DNA of 64,000 nt, from the IMG/VR virus record IMGVR_UViG_3300037461_000655, positions 3,053-67,052 of that record. One strand, given 5' to 3'. Within the stretch, counting starts at the first letter, position 1. The number at the start of each line of letters is the position of its first letter. A program made the position numbers and the translations under genes. Shown here in pieces: positions 27,318 to 37,392 of this stretch. Source of the DNA: a virus (taxonomy: Duplodnaviria > Caudoviricetes). Below the pieces are notes generated by a model, which ran no database searches, was not told where the DNA came from, and was given only the letters and a program-made list of their open reading frames with translations.

Positions 27318-27346
27318 TTGCGAAAGGCTTATACTTGTAGTATATG
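27318..27346 (+). promoter_or_regulatory. Sigma70-like promoter TTGCGA-N17-TATATG upstream of the small terminase, overlapped by the palindrome TATACT-TGT-AGTATA
   Basis: Read directly; the palindrome spans 27330-27344. Confidence 0.45.
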
Positions 27347-27362
27347 GGATGGGACCACCACG

Positions 27363-27842
27363 ATGCCGAGAGCTCATGGAAAACCTGATAAGCCTACTGG
27401 TAACCCAGTTGGGGTAGCTTTAGGTGAGAAATTTTGGGACGACTTTCTAGAAGCTCTTGTAAAGTTCAGCGGCAATGTCAGCCGCACCTGCGAGGTTATG
27501 AAAGTAAAGCGAGCAGTCTTATACTCCAAGCGTGAGCATAACCCAGAATTTGAAGCACGTTTTCTTGTGGCCAAAGAACGTGGCCTTGATACGATGGAAG
27601 ATGAAGCAACGCGACGTGCTGTTGATGGTGTGGAAAAGGGTATTTACTATCAAGGTGCTAGGGTTGATACTGAAACAGTTTACTCGGATACTCTTATTCA
27701 GTTTTTGTTGAAAGGCGGTCGACCTGAGAAGTTTAAAGATAGGTCTGTAGTTGAGCATGAAGGGCTGGTTACTAGACCTTTAGAACAAATGACGGATTGT
27801 GAGCTTGAAGCATTGATAGCTCGGAAAGCTGGGACTAAGTGA
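27363..27842 (+). CDS. terS: Terminase small subunit
   Basis: HTH-like GNVSRTCEVMKVKR..LY, EDEATRRAVDG...YSDTL..FLLKG.RPEKF; directly upstream of terL. Confidence 0.85.
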   Translation: MPRAHGKPDKPTGNPVGVALGEKFWDDFLEALVKFSGNVSRTCEVMKVKRAVLYSKREHNPEFEARFLVAKERGLDTMEDEATRRAVDGVEKGIYYQGARVDTETVYSDTLIQFLLKGGRPEKFKDRSVVEHEGLVTRPLEQMTDCELEALIARKAGTK

Positions 27843-29434
27843 GTTACACGAGTTTAGCACGGCTTAAGCCAGAGTCCATAGCACCAGGTACACTGAAGCA
27901 TCGACAAGCTTTTCCTACTTCACCAAAGCGTGCAGAACTAATTTTACAAATTGAAGCTATTCGAGAACTGGCACGGCGTTCGCTTTTAAGTTTTACCAAG
28001 TATACAAAAGAAGATTTTACGGCAGACTGGTTTCATTATGATTTAGCTAAAGCACTTGACCAATTTCTTGTAGATGTTGTTGACGGCAAATCGCCACGAT
28101 TGATTGTGTGTGCCCCACCGAGACATGGAAAAACGGAACTTGTCAGTCGTCGGTTTCCTGCATATGCTTTAGGGCGTTATCCAGATCTGACTCTTATTGC
28201 GACAAGTTATGGCGCTTCACTTGCGGCCGATAATAATCGTGATGTACAACGTATTATCGATGATGATAGTTACCGAGAGTTGTTTCCTGCTACACAGCTT
28301 TCAGGCGAAGGTATCCATGGAAGTGCGAAATATGTGCGCACGTCCGAAGCCTTTGAGGTTGTTGGACAACATGGTGCATATAAAAATGCTGGAGTCTTAG
28401 GTCCGATTACAGGTAAGGGCGGGCATATTCTTATCTTAGACGACCCTATTAAAGACTCAGCAGATGCGCACTCGGAGACGGTGCGACAATCGACTTGGGA
28501 TTGGTACACCAAAACGTTCTACACACGCTGCGAGCCAGGAGGTGGCATTCTCATTATCATGACGCGTTGGCATGAGGACGATGTAGTAGGGCGCCTTCTT
28601 CAGAAGATGGAAAAAGGCGGTGAGCAGTGGAAAGTGCTGTCGTTCCCCGCAGTAGCAGAGGTTGATGAGGAGCATCGTAAGGCAGGCGAGGCACTATGTC
28701 CTTCACGCTTCCCGTTGGAGGCACTTAAACGGATTAAGGATGGTACTGAGGATGTAGATGATGTGGGCTTAGGTAGTAGGGCATGGAGTTCGCTCTATCA
28801 GCAAGCTCCATCGTCAAAAGAAGGTGAGACGTTTAAACGAGAAAATTGGAAGTACGTAAAGTTAGATGCGCGGATGTCTGTGATGGAACCGCGAGAACGT
28901 CGGCGCTATCTCGCCACTATTGGTGTGACGCGGCTCATTCAGACATGGGACACGGCGATCGGTAGTAAAAAGAAAAATGATTTTGCAGCATGCGCAACGA
29001 TGGGTATTTTGAAGAATGGGTATCTTTGTTTGGACATCTGGAAAGATAAGGTCAAATATCCTGAGATGCGTCGGGAAATTCAAATTCGTTATGACGCTTG
29101 GTTGCCTGATGTTGTTGCTGTCGAAGGTGGCGGTGCTGGCCCAGGGAAAGCTGTTGTACAAGATCTTCATCCAGAGTCACGCATTCCATTGAAAGAAACT
29201 GTCACTTCAAAAGACAAAGAGCTTCGTGCGGACATGATTAGCCCGCTGCAAGAAACAGGTAAATGTTTTCTCCCAGAGGGCGCACCCTGGGTTGCTACTT
29301 TTGTGGACACCGCTGCAAAGTTTCCTTCGGTGAAGAACGACGATGATCTTGATGCTTGGATGCTAGGGATTGAAGAAGCACGAACTGGGCGTGCGCCCAT
29401 GCGAATTAATGATGCTGTTTTGGCGAGGGTGTGA
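27839..29434 (+). CDS. terL: Terminase large subunit
   Basis: APPRHGKTE (Walker A), ILILDDPIKD (Walker B), IMTRWHEDD, C-terminal nuclease QTWDTA...FP...NDDDLDA. Confidence 0.95.
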   Translation: MSYTSLARLKPESIAPGTLKHRQAFPTSPKRAELILQIEAIRELARRSLLSFTKYTKEDFTADWFHYDLAKALDQFLVDVVDGKSPRLIVCAPPRHGKTELVSRRFPAYALGRYPDLTLIATSYGASLAADNNRDVQRIIDDDSYRELFPATQLSGEGIHGSAKYVRTSEAFEVVGQHGAYKNAGVLGPITGKGGHILILDDPIKDSADAHSETVRQSTWDWYTKTFYTRCEPGGGILIIMTRWHEDDVVGRLLQKMEKGGEQWKVLSFPAVAEVDEEHRKAGEALCPSRFPLEALKRIKDGTEDVDDVGLGSRAWSSLYQQAPSSKEGETFKRENWKYVKLDARMSVMEPRERRRYLATIGVTRLIQTWDTAIGSKKKNDFAACATMGILKNGYLCLDIWKDKVKYPEMRREIQIRYDAWLPDVVAVEGGGAGPGKAVVQDLHPESRIPLKETVTSKDKELRADMISPLQETGKCFLPEGAPWVATFVDTAAKFPSVKNDDDLDAWMLGIEEARTGRAPMRINDAVLARV

Positions 29435-31341
29435 TGCGCCTACTTGGACTAACTATCACGCGAGATTCGAAGCCAGCCGTGCAGGAGTCCATCGAGCAAC
29501 GTGCCCACAAGGAATTACAGAAACGCCGAATGCGCATCACAGCCAATGTGATTGAAGCACTTCATCATAAGCCAGAGAATCCGCTTTATCCTACTCGTGT
29601 CAATTTTCCGATGACACCATACGTCCCGCCCGAAGGCGTGTGCCCTGATGCGCATGTGTTGGCGATGGACTCTGCACAAACAGCTTCCTACATGGCCAGC
29701 GTGCAGATGTTCAGCGGGCTCGGTTTTCCAGGTTTCCCATATCTGACTGAACTTGCGCAGCTCACCGAATACCGGGACATGAGTGAGCGCATGGCAGACC
29801 AGATGACGCGCAAGTGGATCAAGCTTAAGTCCATGAGCAAACAAAATAAGACAGAAGTGATCAGCAGGCTTGAAGCAGACATGCGCAAGTTCAAAGTGCG
29901 CGAGGCATTTCACGCTGCAGCAGTGCTTGATGGTGAGATGGGGCGTGCTCAAATCTTCATTGATCTTGGAGAGGATGGGGGCAAGGACAAAGAGGAATTG
30001 AGCACACACCTTATGTTGAATAAGTGGAAGGTGAAGCTTGACTCATTGCGTCGTTTGAAGATTGTGGAGCCTGTGACGACATATCCTGAGCAATACAACT
30101 CGACCAACCCACTCGCAGAAGATTACTACAAGCCATCGTCATGGTATGTCTATGGGACGAAGATCAACGCAACGCGCATGTTAACCTTCATCGGGCGACC
30201 GTTGCCGAATGTGCTGAAGCCCTCTTACAACTTCTCCGGCATCAGCCTCAGCCAGCTCGCACAGCCTTATGTGGAGTATTGGCTCAACACGCGGAACAGC
30301 ATTGGCAACTTGCTGCGCAATTTTAGCACGAGCATCTTGCAAACTAACATGCAGGATATTCTTGGTGGTGATGCTGACGGTTCAGAGTTAGTTAAGCGCG
30401 CTCGGCTCTTCACGCAAGGTCGAGATAATCAAGGAGTATTCCTCCTTGATAAGGACACGGAGAACTTTCTCCAGATCAATACACCACTATCAGGGCTCTC
30501 TGATCTTCAGGCTCAGGCACAGGAGCACATGGCAGCAGTTGCGAAGATTCCGTTGGTGATCTTGCTAGGCATTAGCCCCAAGGGATTGAATGCCAGTTCT
30601 GAAGGCGAGCTTCAAACCTTTTACTCCTATGTTAACGAGATGCAGGAAAAATTGTTCCGGCCTAATTTGGAATATCTGCTCAAGATTATGCAGCTCAATG
30701 CGTTCGGTATGGTGGATGAAGACATCACCTTCGACTTTGTGCCGTTGTTCGAGATGAGTGAGCAGAATCTCGCATCCATTCGCAAGTCAGACGGTGACCG
30801 TGACGTGGCGTTGATTGGGGCGTCTGTGGTAAGCCCAGAGGAAGTTCGGGCGAAGCTCGCTGCTGATCCCAATTCCGGGTTTGACAATTTGAATGCAGCC
30901 CAGGTACAGGGCACGTTGACGCCTACTGCACCAGAAGGTGCGGAGCCTGGTGTGCCACCTGCTGAGGGTGCAGAGCCATCCACCCAGGAAGAGTTGCCTG
31001 TGAAGGATGTCGCACGATATGCGATGGACTATGCAATCCAGTTGACTGAAGATCGTAGTTACTATGGGAACCAAACCACTGAAGGTGGAATTGGCAGCAA
31101 GCACGAAAATCCTCAGCACATCGCAATGCGGTGGAGCGGAGTGGCGCGCAGAGCGACGAACGTCGCGCGCAGGACGGGAACCCGAGCCGCTCATGGACGT
31201 GCTGCTACAGCACATCAACGGGCATTAGATGCTCACCAGAGCGCCTTGGGTTCTTGTTCGCAGGATGCAGCTCATATCCATGATGCTTACATCGCGGCGC
31301 ACAGTGCTGCAATCAAAGAACATTCGGGAGGACATCAATGA
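29431..31341 (+). CDS. Portal protein (DUF1073 family) with a Pro/Glu linker and His/Ala-rich C-terminal extension
   Basis: FPGFPYL.ELAQ, TRKWI, IPLVILLGISPKGLNAS, DITFDF.PL motifs; follows terL. Confidence 0.9.
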   Translation: MMRLLGLTITRDSKPAVQESIEQRAHKELQKRRMRITANVIEALHHKPENPLYPTRVNFPMTPYVPPEGVCPDAHVLAMDSAQTASYMASVQMFSGLGFPGFPYLTELAQLTEYRDMSERMADQMTRKWIKLKSMSKQNKTEVISRLEADMRKFKVREAFHAAAVLDGEMGRAQIFIDLGEDGGKDKEELSTHLMLNKWKVKLDSLRRLKIVEPVTTYPEQYNSTNPLAEDYYKPSSWYVYGTKINATRMLTFIGRPLPNVLKPSYNFSGISLSQLAQPYVEYWLNTRNSIGNLLRNFSTSILQTNMQDILGGDADGSELVKRARLFTQGRDNQGVFLLDKDTENFLQINTPLSGLSDLQAQAQEHMAAVAKIPLVILLGISPKGLNASSEGELQTFYSYVNEMQEKLFRPNLEYLLKIMQLNAFGMVDEDITFDFVPLFEMSEQNLASIRKSDGDRDVALIGASVVSPEEVRAKLAADPNSGFDNLNAAQVQGTLTPTAPEGAEPGVPPAEGAEPSTQEELPVKDVARYAMDYAIQLTEDRSYYGNQTTEGGIGSKHENPQHIAMRWSGVARRATNVARRTGTRAAHGRAATAHQRALDAHQSALGSCSQDAAHIHDAYIAAHSAAIKEHSGGHQ

Positions 31342-31742
31342 GCTTCGTTAAGAAAAAATCACAGCCCTTAAATTCTTCTGTCATTAGCGATCCTTTTCCT
31401 GCCCAGCCCATAGCAGTCAGCGATCCTTTTCCTGCACCGCCCACAGTAGCGGTGCCCATCTGGACGAGTATGGGTATTGAGCTGGAGGAAGAATACAAAA
31501 AGCAGATTGAAGATCTTCGTGATCAAGTTCTCAGTCTTGAAGGCACGCTTGCTGAAGCGCTGCATGAGCGCGATGTACTGGCAACACGAGTAGCTGATGT
31601 GCAGACAGAGAACCAACTCTTGCGTACACGACCCGTAATAGTTGCTACCCAAACATCGCAGACTACTTTCGTGAATGAGGAAAATCAGTTTCTGAAGCAG
31701 CGCATGCGGGACCTTGAAGCACGATTGGCGAGGCTCCCATGA
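31338..31742 (+). CDS. Coiled-coil hypothetical protein with Pro-rich N-terminus
   Basis: ORF track; ATGA overlap with the portal gene. Confidence 0.6.
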   Translation: MSFVKKKSQPLNSSVISDPFPAQPIAVSDPFPAPPTVAVPIWTSMGIELEEEYKKQIEDLRDQVLSLEGTLAEALHERDVLATRVADVQTENQLLRTRPVIVATQTSQTTFVNEENQFLKQRMRDLEARLARLP

Positions 31743-31936
31743 TGAAAGAAACCGCTCTTGCTAAGATCTACATGGAGCAGTTCCGTCCATTGGTGCTGCT
31801 GCTGTACAGTGAAGCAGGGTTGGTGATTCCTTTGGACTTTGATCCTGCGGTTGAAGGTCCTCGTCTTATCGCAACGTTCCGGGAACAGGGCATGAAGACG
31901 AAGTTCAAGACAGTTGGTGGGAGGGAAGTAAAGTGA
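31739..31936 (+). CDS. Small hypothetical protein
   Basis: ORF track; coupled overlaps. Confidence 0.55.
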   Translation: MMKETALAKIYMEQFRPLVLLLYSEAGLVIPLDFDPAVEGPRLIATFREQGMKTKFKTVGGREVK

Positions 31937-32784
31937 AGCTCATCGCCTCAGGCCCCAAGGCCATCACTCTCAAACCTGTGCGCCCCAACGTGGGTGTGCG
32001 GGTTGCTTATGAGCGTGAACTGGTGGCGATGGTCGAGAGTTTGCATAAGGCACTGGTGAAGGCCATACTGCCTCTCTACAAAGAACTTCCAGAGATTGCC
32101 GAGGACGCCTCTACCGTGAAGCAGCTCCAAGCGGCGATGGATGCAGCTGCGAAGGAATGGCGCAAGAACTTTGAGCTAGAACATAAGAAGATCGCGCAGG
32201 CGTTCGCTAACAGCAGCATGAAGTCAACGGATGTAGCGTTCAAGACTGGTCTTAAGAAGGCAGGCTTTACTGTCAAGCTGTCCATCCCTGACAAGGTGAC
32301 CGGGCGTGTTGCGGGAGGGCTTCAGAACACGCTGGATGCTGTGGTCCATGAGAATGTGGGTCTCATCAAGAGTATCGCAGAGAAGCACCTGGGCGATGTG
32401 CAAGGCGCGGTGATGCGGAGCGTGCAACGCGGGCGCTCGTTGAAGGAATTGACGGATGTGTTGCAGGAGCGTTTTGGCGCTACACGCAGCCGCGCTGAAT
32501 TGATCGCACGAGACCAGAACAACAAAGCAACGTCAACAATTCACCGCGCACGGCAGAAGCAGTTTGGGCTTACCAAGGCGCGGTGGATTCACACCCAAGC
32601 TAGCGTCCACCCGCGTGAAGAGCACGAGAGCTGGAACGGTGAGATCTACGACATTGAAGAAGGTATGTGGAGTGAAGTTGATCAGGAGTTTGTTTGGCCG
32701 GGCACACCGATCAACTGCGGGTGTAGTTCAGAGTCGATCATTCCCGGCTATAACGACGAGGAAGAGATGGAGGAAGCATCATGA
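31933..32784 (+). CDS. Head morphogenesis protein (Mu gpF/SPP1 gp7 family)
   Basis: ENVGLIKSI, RAELIARDQ..K, W.H...PREEH...G..Y, PGTPINCGC. Confidence 0.88.
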   Translation: MKLIASGPKAITLKPVRPNVGVRVAYERELVAMVESLHKALVKAILPLYKELPEIAEDASTVKQLQAAMDAAAKEWRKNFELEHKKIAQAFANSSMKSTDVAFKTGLKKAGFTVKLSIPDKVTGRVAGGLQNTLDAVVHENVGLIKSIAEKHLGDVQGAVMRSVQRGRSLKELTDVLQERFGATRSRAELIARDQNNKATSTIHRARQKQFGLTKARWIHTQASVHPREEHESWNGEIYDIEEGMWSEVDQEFVWPGTPINCGCSSESIIPGYNDEEEMEEAS

Positions 32785-33128
32785 GATATAAAGACTCAAT
32801 TACTTTCGATGCCGCTGAGGTTGATGATTCCAATCCTGAGGGGATTAATCAGTACACAGGCGGTGGCGGCGGTGGTAGTAGTGAAAAGGCAAAAGAGGCT
32901 ACTGAAAAGGCTACAGCAGCGTCTAATAAAGCTTATAAGGGCAAAAGTGGTAAAACTACACATCGTGAGGTTGCGCAAGCACACCGTGAAGCTGCACAAG
33001 TACACCGTGAAGCTGCTAAAGTTAATGCAGGTTCTAAAGGTCGTGTAGAGCATCATAATAAACGAGCAGCTGAGCATGAGGCGCATGCAAAGACTTGGGG
33101 TGCTAGCGATCCAAATAAGGTGATCTAA
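32781..33128 (+). CDS. Small His/Ala/Lys-rich head-module protein (candidate internal virion protein)
   Basis: ITFDAA...[12 protein letters not shown] followed by [19 protein letters not shown] repeats; ATGA overlap. Confidence 0.65.
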   Translation: MRYKDSITFDAAEVDDSNPEGINQYTGGGGGGSSEKAKEATEKATAASNKAYKGKSGKTTHREVAQAHREAAQVHREAAKVNAGSKGRVEHHNKRAAEHEAHAKTWGASDPNKVI

Positions 33129-33129
33129 A

Positions 33130-34842
33130 ATGGCTTTGCAGAAACTCATCGCCTTCGACAAGCAATCCGCACGCACCATTGACGCACAGGGATTCTTGCA
33201 CGTCGCAGGATGTAACATCAGCAAGGGCATCGTGAACCCCTACCTTGGTGCGGAGATCCCAGGTTCAGAGCAGCTTGGCCTCGACCCCGCCAAGACCTAC
33301 CAGATCTTCCGAGACCCCGAGGAACTAACAAAGGCAGCGCCGACATTCAACAACCTCCCATTGCTCGACAAGCACGTTGAAGTGGGCGCTGCGGACTTTG
33401 AAGATCCTGACATCAAGAAGCACATCGTGGGCAGCACAGGCCAGGTCGCAGAGTTCAAAGCACCTTACTTAGTGAATGACCTCGTGCTGTGGACGGCAGG
33501 GGCTATTGCGGGTGTGGACTCCAAGGAGCAACATGAGCTAAGCTGTGCCTACCGCTACCAAGTGGATATGACTCCGGGCGTTTATGAAGGAACGCGGTAC
33601 GATGGGCGTATGACAAACATTATCGGGAACCACGTTGCGTTGGTTGAAGAAGGCCGTGCTGGGCGGGATGTAGTGGTTGCTGACTCTGCTGCGAAAGACA
33701 CCATCATCGAAGCACCCGGTCACAAGGACAGTGAAGGTAAGCCCGCGCCTGTGGCCATCAAGTCAGAGAAGACAGGAAAGACAATTTGGAGCGGAAGCTC
33801 AAAGGAGGAAGCCAAGATAGCACTCAGACGCATGAAGGCATTCTCAAAGGATGAACACCATAAGATCAGCGTCACTGGCGCTGCGGGCACACAGGCCCAA
33901 GACTCCAAGGAGAGCCATATGGCTAAGAACAAGCAGATCAAACTGACGCCGCGAGGGTGTGCCGTGCAAGGCGCACTCTTGGCTCATCTGAGGCCTCGTC
34001 TTGCGGCAGACGCGGCAGTAGGACCCAAGGAGGTGGCTGCGCTTCTGCGGAACGTAACTCCGGAGCGCTACGCCAAGCAGATCCCTGGGATTCTCGGTGT
34101 AGTGAAAGAGCGCTTCAGCACTAAGCTCACCAAGGACGCTGAGCTGGACATCGACGAGTTGAAAGACTTGTTAGAGTCGATGGGTGAAGAGCTGGATGAG
34201 ATTGACGAGGAAGAGATGGGTGATGCGGATATGGGTGAGACGTTAGATGCGCCACCTGAACTTCCTGCACCGCCTTCTACGCCAAGCCCCGAAGATCCCG
34301 CTGCGAAGCTCATTGCCAAACTCGAAAGTCTAAATCTATCGCCTGCTGATATGGAGGAGCTAAACGGTTACATCGTCGCTATGACCAGTGAACCCGCTGG
34401 GGATGAGTTCCCACCTAAGCCCAAAGAAGAGGAAGGAAAAGAAGAGGGCAATCTGCCACCTAAAAAAGAAGGAGAAGTTATGCCAGCACCCCCTATCACC
34501 AAACCCACGATGGACGCTGCGTTGAAGCTCGTCCGAGCAGAAACTAAGAAAGAGACCATCGAAGAGATTGGTGCACGCTATGCCGCATGTGACATGGTGA
34601 AGAAGATCATCGGCAAGGTTGATCCTTTGGCCATGGACTCTGCGGAATCCATTTATAAGATGGCCCTTGACGCAAAGAAGATCAAAACTGAGGGTGTGCA
34701 TCCTTCTGCTTACAAGGCGTTGGTCGAGATGCTAGTTGCGAAGGACGATGTGCTTGCTGCCGATGCACAACTTGCTACAAGTGTCGACGTGGCCACTTCG
34801 TTCAAAGAAGTATTCCCCAACGCTCACGTTGGCAAAGCATAG
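33130..34842 (+). CDS. DUF2213-family head maturation protease/scaffold protein
   Basis: [11 protein letters not shown]...[37 protein letters not shown]; acidic, Pro-rich scaffold-like C-terminal half. Confidence 0.85.
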   Translation: MALQKLIAFDKQSARTIDAQGFLHVAGCNISKGIVNPYLGAEIPGSEQLGLDPAKTYQIFRDPEELTKAAPTFNNLPLLDKHVEVGAADFEDPDIKKHIVGSTGQVAEFKAPYLVNDLVLWTAGAIAGVDSKEQHELSCAYRYQVDMTPGVYEGTRYDGRMTNIIGNHVALVEEGRAGRDVVVADSAAKDTIIEAPGHKDSEGKPAPVAIKSEKTGKTIWSGSSKEEAKIALRRMKAFSKDEHHKISVTGAAGTQAQDSKESHMAKNKQIKLTPRGCAVQGALLAHLRPRLAADAAVGPKEVAALLRNVTPERYAKQIPGILGVVKERFSTKLTKDAELDIDELKDLLESMGEELDEIDEEEMGDADMGETLDAPPELPAPPSTPSPEDPAAKLIAKLESLNLSPADMEELNGYIVAMTSEPAGDEFPPKPKEEEGKEEGNLPPKKEGEVMPAPPITKPTMDAALKLVRAETKKETIEEIGARYAACDMVKKIIGKVDPLAMDSAESIYKMALDAKKIKTEGVHPSAYKALVEMLVAKDDVLAADAQLATSVDVATSFKEVFPNAHVGKA

Positions 34843-34857
34843 GAAAGGAGAAAACAC

Positions 34858-35835
34858 ATGAGTGGTTTTCAATCTCACGTCAATCAGTTCCCCGCTCCCG
34901 GTGTAGAGGGTGGGCGAGCTAGCAACAACCCGTATAGCACGGTTGTTGCAGGCAACGGTGCGCTTATCAGCGATGGCACTGTTCGTGCATCGAGCTTCGG
35001 CTGGGTTGTGTCAGGTATCGCTTACGGTTACAGCTTGACTGCTGCTACGCCTGACGGCTTTGTGGCAAACGAAGATCAGGCACTCATCACCACGTATCTT
35101 GCTGAGAGCAGCATGATCCTTCCTGAAGGATTCCCGGTCACGATGTATGATCGTGGTGACTTCTGGGCACGCAGCGTCTTCAGTGAAGCAACCATCGGCC
35201 AGAAGGTCTATGCCAACTTGCTTAGTGGCAAGATTCTCACGGCTGCGACCGGTGCATTCCCCGTCACAGTAAGTGGTGGAACGGGTGTCATCTCCGTTTC
35301 CGGCACCACAGCAGCAGGCGTCATGACTGTCACAGCTACGAGCGTTTATCTTGCGCCGGGCATGCTGATCACTGATCCTACTAAGGGCGGCTATCCTCCG
35401 GGCACTTACATTAGCTCGCAGGTCACGGGCTCTGCTGGTGGAACAGGCACCTATCAGCTCACGACGTTGCTCCCAGTGGCGATCACTGCAGCTTCAACGA
35501 CTGTGGTTGCAACCGCGATGGACTGCGGTGGTTCTACGACCTCAGCTTGCTCTTGTGATAATGCCAGTCCTACGCTGACGGTTACAACGCGAACCAACGG
35601 CAACATCTACGTGGGCCAGCGTGTCAGCGGCACGAGCATCCCCACCGGTACTTATGTCTCTGCGCTTGGGACCTACAATGATACCACAGGCACTGGCACG
35701 CTAACGCTATCCGCCAACGCTACAGACACCATCACAGGTGCTGCGGTCCTCTTCAGTCCTTGGATCGAAACGCCGTGGTATGTCAAGTCCAACGGCAACG
35801 TGGGCGACCTCATCAAGATCGGCATCAGGAACTAG
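34858..35835 (+). CDS. Capsid decoration/cement protein with a Thr/Ser-rich internal insertion
   Basis: MSGFQSHVNQFPAPGVEG, GDFWA and C-terminal WYVKS.G..GDLIKI; directly upstream of the MCP. Confidence 0.75.
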   Translation: MSGFQSHVNQFPAPGVEGGRASNNPYSTVVAGNGALISDGTVRASSFGWVVSGIAYGYSLTAATPDGFVANEDQALITTYLAESSMILPEGFPVTMYDRGDFWARSVFSEATIGQKVYANLLSGKILTAATGAFPVTVSGGTGVISVSGTTAAGVMTVTATSVYLAPGMLITDPTKGGYPPGTYISSQVTGSAGGTGTYQLTTLLPVAITAASTTVVATAMDCGGSTTSACSCDNASPTLTVTTRTNGNIYVGQRVSGTSIPTGTYVSALGTYNDTTGTGTLTLSANATDTITGAAVLFSPWIETPWYVKSNGNVGDLIKIGIRN

Positions 35836-35848
35836 AGGAGACACTCAC

Positions 35849-36928
35849 ATGAACGCACCTTTTCGAAAAGAACACGCTCAATTTGCTCGCGAGCACTATG
35901 GCATCATCTTTGATGGCGCGATGGAGGTCCGCAATCCTGCTATCGAACAACGTTGGGCTGCACGTGGCTTTGCGATGGACGCCGCTCCAACCTATGCGCT
36001 TCAATCGCAGATGGTCACGACCGTCAACGCAGGCATTCCTGCCTATCTCACCAACTACATGGATCCTGAGTTGGTTCGTGTGCTCACCACCCCGCTGAAA
36101 GCTGAGGAAATTTTCTCCAGCAAGAAGTATGGTGACTGGACTACGCGCACCGCTCAGTTCCCCATCGTTGAGAGCAGTGGGGAAGTGAGTACTTACGGGG
36201 ACTATAACAATAACGGCAGCACTAATGCCAATGTGGACTTTGTACCTCGACAGAGCTACGGTTTCCAGACATTCACGCAATGGGGCGATCAGCAGCTTGA
36301 CACGATGGGTCTTGCGAAGATTGATTATGCCGCTGAGCTGAACGTGGCAAGTGCCAAGGTGCTTACCACTGAGCTGAATCGTGGCTGGTTCCGAGGTTAC
36401 ACGGGGATTGATGCTTATGGCATCTTAAATGATCCTTCGTTGTCTGCTTACTTGACCCCAAGCACGAAGACAGGTGGTGGGACGGCATGGAGTGGCACGA
36501 GTGCGCTAGGCACAGAACTTGTGGCTGACGTGACAGCACTCTTTACCGCATTAGTACGGCAGACTGGCGGCAACATTGAGATTGGTGATGAACTAATCTT
36601 GGTTATGCCTACGCTCGTTGCGCCTTACCTGCTCAAGCCGATGACCAATGTCTACGGTGCGCAATCCGTTAAGGCGTTCCTGCTTGAGGCATTCCCCAAG
36701 ATGCGCTTCGTTTCTACCGTTGAGCATGCTACTACCGCAGGCAACGTTATTCAGCTGATTGCTCCTAGCATTCAGGGTCAGAAAACGGGGTGGTTGGGCT
36801 TTACCGAACGTATGCGTGCACATGACATTGTGCGTGCGACTAGTTCTACCCATCAGAAGAAAAGCGCTGGCACATGGGGTGCCATCATCAAGCTGCCTAT
36901 CGGCATCGCCCAAGGCATCGGTTACTAG
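35849..36928 (+). CDS. Major capsid protein (DUF2184 family)
   Basis: FAMDAAP, NAGIPAYLTNY.DP, K.GDWT, GILNDP.L, KKSAGTWGAII; RBS GAGGAG before ATG 35849. Confidence 0.9.
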   Translation: MNAPFRKEHAQFAREHYGIIFDGAMEVRNPAIEQRWAARGFAMDAAPTYALQSQMVTTVNAGIPAYLTNYMDPELVRVLTTPLKAEEIFSSKKYGDWTTRTAQFPIVESSGEVSTYGDYNNNGSTNANVDFVPRQSYGFQTFTQWGDQQLDTMGLAKIDYAAELNVASAKVLTTELNRGWFRGYTGIDAYGILNDPSLSAYLTPSTKTGGGTAWSGTSALGTELVADVTALFTALVRQTGGNIEIGDELILVMPTLVAPYLLKPMTNVYGAQSVKAFLLEAFPKMRFVSTVEHATTAGNVIQLIAPSIQGQKTGWLGFTERMRAHDIVRATSSTHQKKSAGTWGAIIKLPIGIAQGIGY

Positions 36929-36996
36929 TCAACGTAAGAGCGCCATCAAGACACCTGAGCTTCACTCATAACATCAAACTTCAAGGAGAACTAGAA

Positions 36997-37383
36997 ATGG
37001 CTGAAACAGTTACGGTCGCTTGTAAACTTCCCAACGGATTGCTGATCCAGGTGGGTGAAACTCAGGCTCGTCTTAATGGTCCTGCGCGGTTCCTCACTCC
37101 GCAACCAGGTCGAGTCAATCTTAACCCTATCGAGGATATCGTCTACTCTGCAGGCTTCACGGTTGTGGACAAAGCTTTGTGGGATGCATGGATCAAAGAC
37201 CATAAGAACTTTGACCCTGTGAAAACGGGCTTTGTTTATGCAATGCCTTCTCGCAATGAAGCTACAGCTAAGGCTAAGGACGGCGAGAGCATGAAGACAG
37301 GGCTTGAACCTATTGACATACTAAACCGTAAGGGCGCGGTTGAAACGGCAGATGAGATGTTGAAGACCTTGGCGGGTCGGTAA
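36997..37383 (+). CDS. Conserved virion hypothetical protein following the MCP
   Basis: TVTVACKLPNGL...G.T.VDK..WDAW...TGLEP pattern; RBS AAGGAG. Confidence 0.75.
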   Translation: MAETVTVACKLPNGLLIQVGETQARLNGPARFLTPQPGRVNLNPIEDIVYSAGFTVVDKALWDAWIKDHKNFDPVKTGFVYAMPSRNEATAKAKDGESMKTGLEPIDILNRKGAVETADEMLKTLAGR

Positions 37384-37392
37384 GGAGCACCC

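Noticed and set aside
30880-31341. Acb1-like anti-CBASS phosphodiesterase fused to the portal
   Set aside because: No pair of HxT/HxS motifs in a 2H-type context; the extension is low-complexity and helical.
35738-35848. Track N-terminal extensions (also 36874, 49861, 57863, 27318, 15751 frame to 17388)
   Set aside because: They overlap upstream genes and lack an RBS; downstream ATGs with an RBS or coupled overlaps were used instead.
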